Below, piece by piece: positions 1 to 8,785 of a stretch of DNA of 31,768 nt (positions are counted from its first letter, which is position 1; every line of letters starts with the position of its first letter). A program made the position numbers and the translations under genes. A model generated the notes under the pieces. It saw only the letters and a list, made by a program, of their open reading frames with translations, was not told the origin of the DNA and made no database searches. Source of the DNA: a virus (lineage: Duplodnaviria; Caudoviricetes). Location of the stretch: IMG/VR virus record IMGVR_UViG_3300037603_000045, positions 1 through 31,768 of that record; one strand, given 5' to 3'.

Positions 1-55
1 TCAAGGGCATCATGAACACATGAATTCTCTTTTTATTGAAACGCACATAGTCAGG

Positions 56-136
56 TGTAGCGCGCAAGAACTGTAGCGCGCAAAATCGTATGGCGCGGTG
101 CGCAACATCACACGGCATCCGGTTTGGCGCGTTACA
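56..136. repeat. Putative prophage end with transposase-binding repeats
   Basis: TGTAGCGCGCAA at 56-67 and 72-83 (direct repeat), plus an inverted imperfect copy TTTGGCGCGTTACA at 123-136. Begins with TG like Mu ends; AT-rich sequence lies to the left. Confidence 0.7.
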
Positions 137-159
137 GGAGGCTGTCGCAGGTCTTACGC

Positions 160-933
160 TTATGCCATGACGCAGGCCTGTAGGGCCGTCCAAACAATGT
201 TAGGTCTTAGCATGTGACCAACACCACTCCGCCGGGTCGACCTGAGCATCATGCCGGCGAAGCGAATACTATGCGGTGGAGCATCTTCAGTTATCGTGAA
301 AACAGGGGAACCGCTAAACCCATCCATGGATTCCAACTCGTTCAGCTGATTGAATCGGATTTCTGTGCATCCATCGATCAAGGACGGCCCTAGTACTCTA
401 GCACCGACAAAATTGGCCTGGAGAGTGATTTCCTTAGGCCCATAATTGATGAAGTTTCTGCAAGCCGGGAAACCCGCCACGACGAGATTTGAATCTGGAG
501 CTAGATCACTCTCAACAGTGTCTTCATTCATTATGAACGGGCATTGCCCCTCGAACTGCCGATCACGGTAGTGCCCCGTAGACAGCCTAAACACCGCTAA
601 GTCGTTCCAATCTTCTCCCATCTCATCATCAGCCACAGCCACTAGTTCAAAGCCTGATTCCAGGGGTAGGAACTGGCGCGCCCGATGATAAAATTGCACG
701 CGAATGTCACTGACACGAAAGTCCTTCAGCACATGTTTGGCTGTGACAAAAATGTCCTGTTGCCCGATCCGAACTAGGAAACCTGTACCTCGTAACGAGT
801 AGGGAAAATCGACGGAGTGATTGTCAAACCAGACTGCTCGACAACAGCGCAAGTGGTCTACTATGCGCTTCTGCATCCGCTCCATATTCCGATTTCCGTT
901 TTGTCGTGTCGATCCATTGAGTAATCGTACCAT
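160..933 (-). CDS. Trypsin-like serine protease (accessory)
   Basis: GTGFLV, VTAKHV (His), DLAVF (Asp), GFSGSPVF (Ser) motifs; lower GC than the core phage genes; start uncertain. Confidence 0.8.
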   Translation of the reverse strand: MVRLLNGSTRQNGNRNMERMQKRIVDHLRCCRAVWFDNHSVDFPYSLRGTGFLVRIGQQDIFVTAKHVLKDFRVSDIRVQFYHRARQFLPLESGFELVAVADDEMGEDWNDLAVFRLSTGHYRDRQFEGQCPFIMNEDTVESDLAPDSNLVVAGFPACRNFINYGPKEITLQANFVGARVLGPSLIDGCTEIRFNQLNELESMDGFSGSPVFTITEDAPPHSIRFAGMMLRSTRRSGVGHMLRPNIVWTALQACVMA

Positions 934-947
934 ACCTAATCGATGAG

Positions 948-1751
948 TTACCCGGAAATCACCACTTCCTTCACCTTCTTGCCTGCACCGCCGGAGATCG
1001 AATAGGTGCAGTTCACCGTGGCGATCTCGAAGCCCTTGAAAATCTCCCGCACCTCGGGCCGGTCATTCAGAGACAGGATAAAGCGGCCTTTGAGGCCCCT
1101 TAAGGCCTCGTTTAAGGTCGCAAAATCATCCCGTGAGAACAATTCTTTCCCATAGTCGCCCTCATTCCCGAAATATGGAGGATCAAGATAGAACAGCATT
1201 CCCTGCCGATCCCAGCGTTTGAGGAAGTCGCGCCAGTCGAGCTGCTCGATGACGACGCCGGCCATGCGCTCATGAATGTCTTCCAGCACCGGTCCGAGAC
1301 GGGTGACGTTGAAGCGGCCGCCGCCATCCCTGTCGATGCCGAACGTCTGGCCGGTGACCTTGCCGCCGAAGCTCAGGCCCTGGAGATAGAGGAAGCGGGC
1401 CGCGCGTTCGAGATCGGTCAGCGTGGCGGGGTCGCAGGCCACCAGGCGCTGGAACTCGCGCCTTGATGTGATCTGGAATTTGAGCGTTTCCATGAACTGC
1501 GGATAGTGCCGCTGCAGGATGCGAAACAGGTTGGCGACTTCGCCATTCCTGTCGTTGATCACCTCGGTTTTCGGCTTCCGGGTGCGTTTGAAGAACACGC
1601 CACCCATGCCGACAAAGGCTTCAGCATAGCCGGTGTGCGGTGTGGCGTTGATCTTGGCGACGATGGTTTTGGACAAGACCCGTTTGCCGCCAATGTAGGC
1701 GGCTGGCGGGTTGATAGGATCGACTATAGCGGTTTCGTATTTTTCGGGCAT
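948..1751 (-). CDS. Dam/D12-class DNA N6-adenine methyltransferase
   Basis: YIGGK, EAFVGMGGVF, IND and LDPPY motifs; sits at the mom-equivalent position. Confidence 0.93.
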   Translation of the reverse strand: MPEKYETAIVDPINPPAAYIGGKRVLSKTIVAKINATPHTGYAEAFVGMGGVFFKRTRKPKTEVINDRNGEVANLFRILQRHYPQFMETLKFQITSRREFQRLVACDPATLTDLERAARFLYLQGLSFGGKVTGQTFGIDRDGGGRFNVTRLGPVLEDIHERMAGVVIEQLDWRDFLKRWDRQGMLFYLDPPYFGNEGDYGKELFSRDDFATLNEALRGLKGRFILSLNDRPEVREIFKGFEIATVNCTYSISGGAGKKVKEVVISG

Positions 1752-1784
1752 TTAAAGCTCACAGGGAATCAGCCACCTTTTGGA

Positions 1785-1903
1785 CGCTTGCGAAAGCGAG
1801 CCGGGTGAGATGTTATTCATGAGCGCATCTGACGGGGTAAGCCGCAAACTCAACCCGTCGCCTGGAGCCAGCCCCGCTCCGGCCGCCCGGGCCTTAATCA
1901 GGC
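1785..1903 (-). ncRNA. Putative structured RNA leader upstream of the MTase
   Basis: Nested inverted repeats: CCGGG/CCCGG closes three hairpins (GGAGC/GCTCC, GACGGG/CCCGTC, AGATG/CATCT), followed by CGCTT-TCGC-AAGCG. Confidence 0.45.
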
Positions 1904-1905
1904 GC

Positions 1906-1921
1906 CAGTAAACATTTACTG
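1906..1921. promoter_or_regulatory. Palindrome, possible operator between divergent genes
   Basis: CAGTAAA-CA-TTTACTG perfect 7-bp inverted repeat. Confidence 0.35.
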
Positions 1922-1942
1922 AGCCAAGAGGAGGATTTTCAA

Positions 1943-2317
1943 TTGATCTGCCAGCTTCCGGGCTTTGGAAGCGAATGGCTTCTGGTCGTCGGTTTGGGAC
2001 TTGTTCTTGTTGGAGGCCTCATTCTTGTTTCTGCGTTGTGGAAACGCATCTCCCTCAAAGAACCGGTAGAACAAGATACTGGATTTGCCGAGCTGCAAGA
2101 GGCAAAGAATAGGAGAATGGTCCTGCGGACTGCACAGGCGACAGAAGCGCAGTTGTCACCCGATATGAACCAAAAGAGCGATGCGCAATTTGGAAAGCGA
2201 CCGATAAAGATTGTGGTCCTCGGACAAAAGCGTGAGCGTGGCGGTCTTGTCATTGCAGCTGGGATCATTTGCGCAGGTTTTCTTCTAGGGTTCATCGGCT
2301 CATTGCCTTGTCCATAA
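1943..2317 (+). CDS. Accessory membrane protein (2 TM segments)
   Basis: TTG start after strong SD AAGAGGAGG; hydrophobic N- and C-terminal stretches; antisense to the phage late genes; lower GC. Confidence 0.65.
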   Translation: MICQLPGFGSEWLLVVGLGLVLVGGLILVSALWKRISLKEPVEQDTGFAELQEAKNRRMVLRTAQATEAQLSPDMNQKSDAQFGKRPIKIVVLGQKRERGGLVIAAGIICAGFLLGFIGSLPCP

Positions 2318-2361
2318 AGCACACCATTTCCACCGTGGTTCATGCCCGTCGCCTTCCAATG

Positions 2362-3381
2362 TCACCCTTCCTCCTTCGCCTGTAGATCCACCCGCGTGAT
2401 CCAGCCGGGATCCGGCGTGAACTCGTGCTCGACGCTCGCCGCTTCCCATTCGATGGCGCTGACGGCTGAGCCGAAGCCCACTGGGATGACCGGTGATCCG
2501 GCGGTCACGCTCGCGTTGCCTGCTATCTCGATGAAGCCGGAGCCGGTGTTGCGGGAGAGCTGCTGGGAGATGGCTTTGCCGCCGACCTTCGCTTCGATCT
2601 CGCTTGCGAAGGGATGCATGAAGGTGGTGAGCGAAGCGGCCTTGCCGCGCGCTGCCTTCTCAAGCCTGGTGATCCCGAGTGCGGGATCGAACCAGGGCGT
2701 CTCGGTCTCCTTGAAGTCCGGCCGTGGCTCGATCGTGAACTCGTAGGCATAGGAGGGATCGTGATGCACGGTGATCGCAGGCAAGGTCAGGCCCGAGGCC
2801 GATGCGCCGGCACCGCGCTTGCGGATCACCAGCCGGCCGGCCTGGGGCTTGGTGATCGCGCCGATCTCGTCGGCGAGATCCGTGGCGAAGTCGATCGCCG
2901 ACTGGTTCCATCTCAGCCGGTACGGGATCTTGATGTCGCGCAGCTCGGACGGGATGACGGCCGCAACGCCCATTTCCTTGGCCAGATCGTCGAAGATCCT
3001 GCCGGCGGTTCCGAAGCCGTTCTCCTCGTCATAGTGCCGCCGATCGCCGCCCTTGGCCTTGTCAATGAAGTCGGCCGCCCGCGCGGTGATGTGGATCTCC
3101 TCGCCGTCTTCGGGATCGCCTGTGATCGTCGTCGATTGATATTCGTAGATGCCGATCAGCCGCACGCTGCTTTCCAGCCATCCCGCCAGCACCTGGTAGC
3201 GCGTGCCCTTTGCCGGTGGCTCCAGATAAGGCGTGCGCGCCGCTGCCCGGATAACCAGCTGATCACTCTCATAGCCTTCCTGGTCGGTGATCGTCGCGCC
3301 GAGAAACGCCGGACCAAGCTTCGGGATGATGTTGAAGCCAGAAGGACCGATGATCCGAATGATGGGTGTGCGCAGGGCCAT
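2362..3381 (-). CDS. Phage late control D / baseplate hub (P2 gpD-like)
   Basis: ITDQEGYESDQL and QSAIDFATDLA motifs; follows gpX; alternative TTG start at 3390. Confidence 0.88.
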   Translation of the reverse strand: MALRTPIIRIIGPSGFNIIPKLGPAFLGATITDQEGYESDQLVIRAAARTPYLEPPAKGTRYQVLAGWLESSVRLIGIYEYQSTTITGDPEDGEEIHITARAADFIDKAKGGDRRHYDEENGFGTAGRIFDDLAKEMGVAAVIPSELRDIKIPYRLRWNQSAIDFATDLADEIGAITKPQAGRLVIRKRGAGASASGLTLPAITVHHDPSYAYEFTIEPRPDFKETETPWFDPALGITRLEKAARGKAASLTTFMHPFASEIEAKVGGKAISQQLSRNTGSGFIEIAGNASVTAGSPVIPVGFGSAVSAIEWEAASVEHEFTPDPGWITRVDLQAKEEG

Positions 3382-3386
3382 GCCGA

Positions 3387-3617
3387 TCAATCCCAGGGCC
3401 GGACGGTATCGGCATCGCCTTCATCATCCTCGACCTTAGGCAGCGCGATCCTTGTGCCCGCCGGCGGAAATGGACCAAGGGCGGCAAGGCCGGGATTGGC
3501 ATCGAGCACGGCTTCCACAGTGCCGCGCGTGCGTCCACCATAGAAGCGGCCGACGAACTGGTCGAGCCGCTCGTCGCTGTCTTCTTTGGTCACAACGTCA
3601 ATGATCTCACGAGCCAT
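3387..3617 (-). CDS. Tail protein X (P2 gpX, LysM-like)
   Basis: ERLDQFVGRFYG...VEAVLDANPGLA..PAGTRIALP...VRPWD; start re-called to the ATG at 3617. Confidence 0.9.
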   Translation of the reverse strand: MAREIIDVVTKEDSDERLDQFVGRFYGGRTRGTVEAVLDANPGLAALGPFPPAGTRIALPKVEDDEGDADTVRPWD

Positions 3618-3618
3618 C

Positions 3619-4023
3619 TCAGATACTCCCGACATGCAGAAGCTCGGCCGAGACCTCGACCTTGCGGCCGACACCGGTGAAGGGATGCAGCCGGTCCTCA
3701 TCGATCGACAGATTGCGCACCACCACAAAGCCGATGACTTCGCCCAGATAGTTGGTGCCGAGCCTGATGAACGGCACTGCATCCTGCGCCTCGTGATGGC
3801 GGATCAGCCAGGCGACGGCATCCATGCCGCCAATCACCTGCGGATAGGTGATTGCCTCGACGGTGGTCACTTTCTCGCCCATGCCGGTGCGCTGGTAATC
3901 CATGCCTTTGAACGTGGCCTTGCCGGGCACGCGGCTTTCCGATGCCCGGCTGAAGCCCTGCGGATTGAGGCCGATCACCTTGAGCTGGGCGTTGCCGATC
4001 GATGCGAGCGATGTGGTACTCAT
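3619..4023 (-). CDS. Tail protein U (P2 gpU-like)
   Basis: Size, position between tape measure and gpX, YQRTGMGE motif. Confidence 0.82.
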   Translation of the reverse strand: MSTTSLASIGNAQLKVIGLNPQGFSRASESRVPGKATFKGMDYQRTGMGEKVTTVEAITYPQVIGGMDAVAWLIRHHEAQDAVPFIRLGTNYLGEVIGFVVVRNLSIDEDRLHPFTGVGRKVEVSAELLHVGSI

Positions 4024-6365
4024 GCATAGGCTCCGGTGTCGTAAAGCGCACCGGCGCGAGCCTGCCTGATGGCGCGATCCTGCCTTCGGTTGGCAGCGGC
4101 CGCCACGCGCTCCGGGTTGCCCGCGCCAGATATGTTCTGGTTGATGTTGACATTTGTCGTGCCGGCGCTCCGGCCAGACTGGCCACCAGCCGGCCTGGAT
4201 GGCTCCACGAGGCGTGGAGCGATTGTGGGCGTGGCGGTAAACGAGAATGCCGCCTTTATTGCCTCCGCCTTCTGACGGGCGATGCCTGCTGCTTCGTCCC
4301 CCTCGATCGAGATCTTCTTTTTGTAATCCTCCATGGATTTTTCGGCTTCCGGACCGAAGGACCTGGAGAGAGCGGATCGCGCCGCCTCTTGGGGCTCAGA
4401 AGTCTCATTCGCTCCAAAATTCTCGGTTTCTTCAACGTCACTGATAGTCGCGGTTGAGCGATTGGTGACAATTTGATCCGGTCCGTTCGGATCTGGACGC
4501 GGCAAAGGAGTAGGTATCACGCCCTGCATCAATTGCTGCATGTGGCGGGCATACTCCTCGGAAATCGCAAGGGCTGCTTCGCCTTCGCTCGTGAGCTTTG
4601 ATTTGTACTCATCCATCTCCTGATCAGGAAACCGGGGACCGCCTTCGAAGGGCTTGAGATACCCCATGTTAAGCGCCTCGGTGCCTTTCTCGCCGGCGCG
4701 CTTCTGGGTGGCGAGCTCTTTCTCCGCTTCCGCAATCTGGGCCTTGATCTCCTGATAGGCCGGATTGGCGTATTCGCCCCGGCTTCTTCGCAGTGTGCGC
4801 GGGATCTGTGACAGCTGGGATCGAAGGCTCTCAAGCGTGGCTCCGAGATCCTCCGAGGATTGATCCTCGGCGTCGATGGATGAAAGCTCGCCGATGGTCT
4901 TTTCAAGCTCTGCGATCCGGGCGTCCACGTCTGGCGTGAGGTACTTGTCATAGAGCCTGCGGGCAGCGCGCGTGGTCACACCCTCACGGCGCATTTTCCG
5001 GGCTTTCATGATTTGTGAAAGCTCGGTCTCGGCTGCTTCCCTGGTCTGCCTCCGGGCCGATTGGGTTGTCTGGGCAAGCTGCGGATCATCGGCGAGCCGT
5101 GCCTGATCATCTTTGGTCAGATCGCCGCTGGCTTCGAACTTGCCGAGCATCGCTTCGGCCTCGGCCGAGCGATCGAGCATGTCGGAGATCTTCGTGATGA
5201 AGCCGCTCATCGCGTCTGCAGCCTCGCCCATCGCAGGCGTGAAGTTCTGCCCGACGCGGGTCGCCAGGTTCTCAAGTGCAATGCCGGTGTCGTCGATCTT
5301 CTTCTGGGTGGTTGCGTCGAAGATCGCAAAGCTCTTGTCGAGCGAGCCTGCGCGGTCAGCCTTGTCGCTGACCAGGTCGAGCGCATCCCCAACCAGCTCG
5401 ACCGAATTGGCGAGCTTGGCGATATCATCGGCATATTCGAGACCGAACATGTCGGTGAGAACGCCGAGCTTTTCAGCGTCAGGCAGTTTGTCGATCCTGT
5501 TGAGAAGATCGAGCATCGCCGCCGGCGCATCATCTGCCAGCGCGGCCTTGAGCTCCTTGGCGCTCAACCCAAGCGCATCGAGCCCCTGCTGGAACTTCTT
5601 GCCCTGCTTCTCGGCCGTGGAGATTTTGCTGATGAAGGCGTTGAAGCCGGTTCCTGCCACCTCGGCAGGCACGCCGATCGAAAGCAGCGCAGATCCAAAG
5701 GCAGCGGTTTCTTCAGCGGCAAGTCCTGCGATCTTGGCGGTGGAGCCCGCACGATTGATGAAGTTGATCAGATCGCGTTCGCTGGAAGCAGAGTTGTCAG
5801 CAAGGTGATTGATCGCGTCACCGAGATCGTAGAGCTGCGGCAAGGACAGATCGAGCGCATTGCCCATCTTCGACATCGCGGCCGAGGTTTCCTCCGCGCT
5901 CATCCCGAATGCGACCGAGCCCTTGGCTGCGAGAAGGGCAAACTCGGTCAGCTCCTCTAGCGGCCGGCCGGAGCGCGCCGCCTCGGCCACAAGGCCGGCA
6001 AGGTTTTCCTTGGCCACGCCCGTTTCTTCCGAGACCTGCAGGACCGATCGGGCGAGATCTGCAAACTCGTCGTCGGACACGTCCACTGCCTTGCGAACTT
6101 CGGCCATGGCGGTCTCGAATGTCATGGCTTCGCCAGTGGCATATTGCGCTGCCTTGCCTGCAGCCAGCACACCGGCGGCAATCGCAGCGCCACCGGCCAC
6201 GGCAACAGCGCGGTAGCGCTCGAACCGGGCGGCGTTCCTGTCCTGGGAGGCTCCCAGTCGATCCGTCTGTCGGCGTAGTTGTTCGAGGTCTTCCTTGGCG
6301 TCCTTTGCCGGCCCGGATAGCTGATTGATCAGCTTGAGCCGCATTGCAACATCGAGATCACTCAT
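4020..6365 (-). CDS. Tail tape measure protein (TP901-type core)
   Basis: FETAMAEVRKAVD, DAINHLADN, AEVAGTGFN; Ala-rich helical protein after the chaperone. Confidence 0.93.
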   Translation of the reverse strand: MSDLDVAMRLKLINQLSGPAKDAKEDLEQLRRQTDRLGASQDRNAARFERYRAVAVAGGAAIAAGVLAAGKAAQYATGEAMTFETAMAEVRKAVDVSDDEFADLARSVLQVSEETGVAKENLAGLVAEAARSGRPLEELTEFALLAAKGSVAFGMSAEETSAAMSKMGNALDLSLPQLYDLGDAINHLADNSASSERDLINFINRAGSTAKIAGLAAEETAAFGSALLSIGVPAEVAGTGFNAFISKISTAEKQGKKFQQGLDALGLSAKELKAALADDAPAAMLDLLNRIDKLPDAEKLGVLTDMFGLEYADDIAKLANSVELVGDALDLVSDKADRAGSLDKSFAIFDATTQKKIDDTGIALENLATRVGQNFTPAMGEAADAMSGFITKISDMLDRSAEAEAMLGKFEASGDLTKDDQARLADDPQLAQTTQSARRQTREAAETELSQIMKARKMRREGVTTRAARRLYDKYLTPDVDARIAELEKTIGELSSIDAEDQSSEDLGATLESLRSQLSQIPRTLRRSRGEYANPAYQEIKAQIAEAEKELATQKRAGEKGTEALNMGYLKPFEGGPRFPDQEMDEYKSKLTSEGEAALAISEEYARHMQQLMQGVIPTPLPRPDPNGPDQIVTNRSTATISDVEETENFGANETSEPQEAARSALSRSFGPEAEKSMEDYKKKISIEGDEAAGIARQKAEAIKAAFSFTATPTIAPRLVEPSRPAGGQSGRSAGTTNVNINQNISGAGNPERVAAAANRRQDRAIRQARAGALYDTGAYA

Positions 6366-6570
6366 TGCGGCTTGCTCCTGCCATAAGGCCCCAGGTTTCC
6401 TGATGCAGCTGGATCGCTTCGGCGTGGTAGAGCATGACCTTGTCGATCGTCATGGCTTCGACCTGCGGGAGCGGTGTGGCGAATGAAGCCGCCACGCGGG
6501 CGACATAGGACCGCCAGAGTTTCAGGTCCGGCTCGACGCGCTCGCCGGACGGAAGACGCGGGGCAAAAAA
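6358..6570 (-). CDS. Tail chaperone frameshift extension (gpE'/gpT-like), reached by -1 frameshift
   Basis: The -1 frame after T TTT TTG reads ..APRLPSGERVEPDLKLWRSYVARVAASFATPLPQVEAMTIDKVMLYHAEAIQLHQETWGLMAGASRNE*, with its stop overlapping the start of the tape measure gene. Confidence 0.8.
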   Translation of the reverse strand, partial: FFAPRLPSGERVEPDLKLWRSYVARVAASFATPLPQVEAMTIDKVMLYHAEAIQLHQETWGLMAGASRNE

Positions 6571-7004
6571 TCATAGGCCACCTCCGTGACCCGGTCGCCA
6601 TCGACATCCTTGAGGCCGCGCAGAACTGGGGCGGGCAAGCCGGTCATCAGGGAATAGATCTCGAACTTGTCGTAGGTCTCGCCCGAGAACCGGTCGACCA
6701 GGCGGGCAACCTGTCCGATGGGCAGCCGTTCGACAGTGACCGACCGAACCCATTCGCCTGTCTGAGGGTGCCTGAAGGGATGTTCCAGCGGGACTGTTTC
6801 GCGATAGGCACAGCCCTCGAATTCGAGGTCGGCGATCTGGGCCGGCGGCACCGCCGCGCGTGGTGCGGGCTTGGCTTCTGCCCTATCCGTTGCCGCTCCC
6901 GCGCTGTTGTCGAGATCGTCCCACTGCTCCTCGGGCGGCAGCGGGATGTCGGCAACGTCGACCTCAGGCGCGGGATCGGGCTTCTTGGGCTCATCCTTGC
7001 TCAT
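6522..7004 (-). CDS. Tail assembly chaperone (P2 gpE / Mu gp41-like)
   Basis: Lies between tube and tape measure; VPLEHPF...LMTGLPAPVLRGLKDVD; ends just after a slippery site. Confidence 0.85.
   Translation of the reverse strand: MSKDEPKKPDPAPEVDVADIPLPPEEQWDDLDNSAGAATDRAEAKPAPRAAVPPAQIADLEFEGCAYRETVPLEHPFRHPQTGEWVRSVTVERLPIGQVARLVDRFSGETYDKFEIYSLMTGLPAPVLRGLKDVDGDRVTEVAYDFLPRVFRPASASSRT
6564..6570 (-). other. Programmed -1 ribosomal frameshift slippery site TTTTTTG
   Basis: GAT TTT TTG in frame; same heptamer as phage P2 gene E. Confidence 0.82.
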
Positions 7005-7507
7005 GCCGCGATGATCTCGTTGTGTTGCTGGGAGTAGTTGACGCCGTTCATGATCAGGTGATTGTTGAACAGATCGAACCTATGGATTTCCTTACCGTCA
7101 ACGATGTCGCGATATTCGACGATCGAGCCCACCGCATAGCCCGCAGCATCGCCCTTCTTGCCGGTCACCTTGGATTGGGTCACCTTGGTCACCAGCCCCT
7201 TCAAGATGACGATGCGGCCCTTGTTGACGCCGCTGACCAGATCCCGAAGCCGCTCATAGTAGTAGAACGTGGTCCAGTCGCCGGGCTCGCGGCCGAACAG
7301 TGAGCGGATGTCCTCGTGGCTGCCGTTCAATGAGAACGGCGCTTCCAGCTCTTCGATCTCGTAAGGCACCGCGAGATTGAAGAAGCCGCCGCCCATCTGC
7401 AGCACTTCCTTGGCGCGGTTGAGCTCGGGCATGGTGATTTCGGCGAGGCGCAGACGCTGGTTGAGCGTATCGACATACCAGTTTGCGCCCTGAATGATGC
7501 GGTCCAT
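7001..7507 (-). CDS. Major tail tube protein (P2 FII-like)
   Basis: 168 aa directly after the sheath; EITMPEL, MGGG and YRDIVDGKEIHRFD pattern. Confidence 0.88.
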   Translation of the reverse strand: MDRIIQGANWYVDTLNQRLRLAEITMPELNRAKEVLQMGGGFFNLAVPYEIEELEAPFSLNGSHEDIRSLFGREPGDWTTFYYYERLRDLVSGVNKGRIVILKGLVTKVTQSKVTGKKGDAAGYAVGSIVEYRDIVDGKEIHRFDLFNNHLIMNGVNYSQQHNEIIAA

Positions 7508-7518
7508 GATCTGGCTCC

Positions 7519-8751
7519 TTATGCCGTGACGCGGATGTTGGGATTGCCTAGCGCACTCAGCGCCTGGCCGATGCGGCCGGCCAGGATGTCAAAGGCCTCG
7601 GGCTGTGGCTCGGTGAAGATCTGCAGGTCGGTCAGATCCGGCGTCTCCTCGAACCGAAGCTTCACTCTCAGGCCACCATCGCGGAGGAAGGTGGACGGGT
7701 TGAGCTTGCGATCCCAGACCAGCTCATAGTCGATCAGCGCGCCGAAGTTCACGCGCTCGGCGCAGGCCTCTGCCACCGACTGGTAGATCAGTGTGACCAG
7801 GTGCGGCCCGAGATCGCCGGCATTGAATTTCCGGAGTGCGCGCAAGAGCGCCTTCTCGATCGAGCGGCGGGTGCGGATCCGCTTGATGGAGCGATAGCCC
7901 TTCACGGTCGGGTCCGTGGCCGTCGAATAAGGTGCCCAGAGGAGCTTGTTCTCGATCACGGTACCGACGCCATTCTGCACAAGATAGTTGGCGTCGGTCT
8001 CGGTGCGGCCGTCCTGATAGGAGACCGTCTGGGAGACGCCTCGAATGCCTTTCAAGGGCCGGTTCCAGGCTGCTTTATAGGGGTTTCCAGCCTCGGCATC
8101 GCGCCGCATGATCGCTGCCGCCATGTGCGGCGAGAGCGGCCGCGTGACGTTGACGCCGTCGATCGTCACCAGGACGGATGGATACATCGCAATCATGTTG
8201 AGCGAGGTGGCGAAGTCCGCAGCATTCTCGGCCGCCGCCTCGCGGGAGGTTTCCAGCGTGTCGGTGATCCCCATGCAGTCGATGATCTGGTCGCAGATGG
8301 CGTCCATGGCGGTCGCCACCGGATTGGCCGCATCATCGGGCCGCTGCGAGGTGAAGCCCGGCGCGATGATGAGGCCCGGCTCCAGCCCGGTTTCGCTCTT
8401 GGCCTCAAGCAGCGCCCAGATCCCGGTCTTGTCGACGGCGGAGCCTGCCACCAGGCCAAGCTGGGTGTCCGGGTCGGCATCGTCATCGGTGCGCACGAAG
8501 AGAAGATCGGTCGAGATGCCCTCGGACGCGATCTGGGTGATCGTATCGCGCGCCACACCTGCACCTAGAAGGGTGATCAGCTCGCTGTCGCCGGTGTTGA
8601 CCACGATCGGCTTGTGCTTCTCGATCGAGTTGTCCGCATCCGGACAGGGCAGCGCCATGCCGGTATAGGCCACGCGGGCATCGATCGCCGCCGTGGTGCT
8701 CGACAGATTGGAGAAGACGCGGACGCCGACATTTGGAGTGGTCGCACTCAT
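7519..8751 (-). CDS. Tail sheath protein (P2 FI-like)
   Basis: KTGIWALL, PGLIIAPGF, SPHMAAAIMRRD, NRPLKGI motifs. Confidence 0.92.
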   Translation of the reverse strand: MSATTPNVGVRVFSNLSSTTAAIDARVAYTGMALPCPDADNSIEKHKPIVVNTGDSELITLLGAGVARDTITQIASEGISTDLLFVRTDDDADPDTQLGLVAGSAVDKTGIWALLEAKSETGLEPGLIIAPGFTSQRPDDAANPVATAMDAICDQIIDCMGITDTLETSREAAAENAADFATSLNMIAMYPSVLVTIDGVNVTRPLSPHMAAAIMRRDAEAGNPYKAAWNRPLKGIRGVSQTVSYQDGRTETDANYLVQNGVGTVIENKLLWAPYSTATDPTVKGYRSIKRIRTRRSIEKALLRALRKFNAGDLGPHLVTLIYQSVAEACAERVNFGALIDYELVWDRKLNPSTFLRDGGLRVKLRFEETPDLTDLQIFTEPQPEAFDILAGRIGQALSALGNPNIRVTA

Positions 8752-8759
8752 AAGGTAAC

Positions 8760-8785
8760 CTCGGGCTCAAGATCAGTTGCCCGAG
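8760..8785 (-). promoter_or_regulatory. Hairpin overlapping the sheath ribosome-binding site
   Basis: Minus strand CTCGGGC-N12-GCCCGAG; the 3' arm contains most of the GAGG SD. Confidence 0.5.

Noticed and set aside
56-136. CRISPR array
   Set aside because: 12-bp repeats with a 4-bp spacer and no cas genes
1801-1890. tRNA gene (e.g. amber suppressor)
   Set aside because: Cloverleaf-like, but no TTCG T-loop, no 7-nt anticodon loop with CTA and no CCA end
6362-6607. 81-aa ORF in the track between chaperone and tape measure
   Set aside because: Wrong frame; the chaperone-like sequence is in the -1 frame ending at 6358
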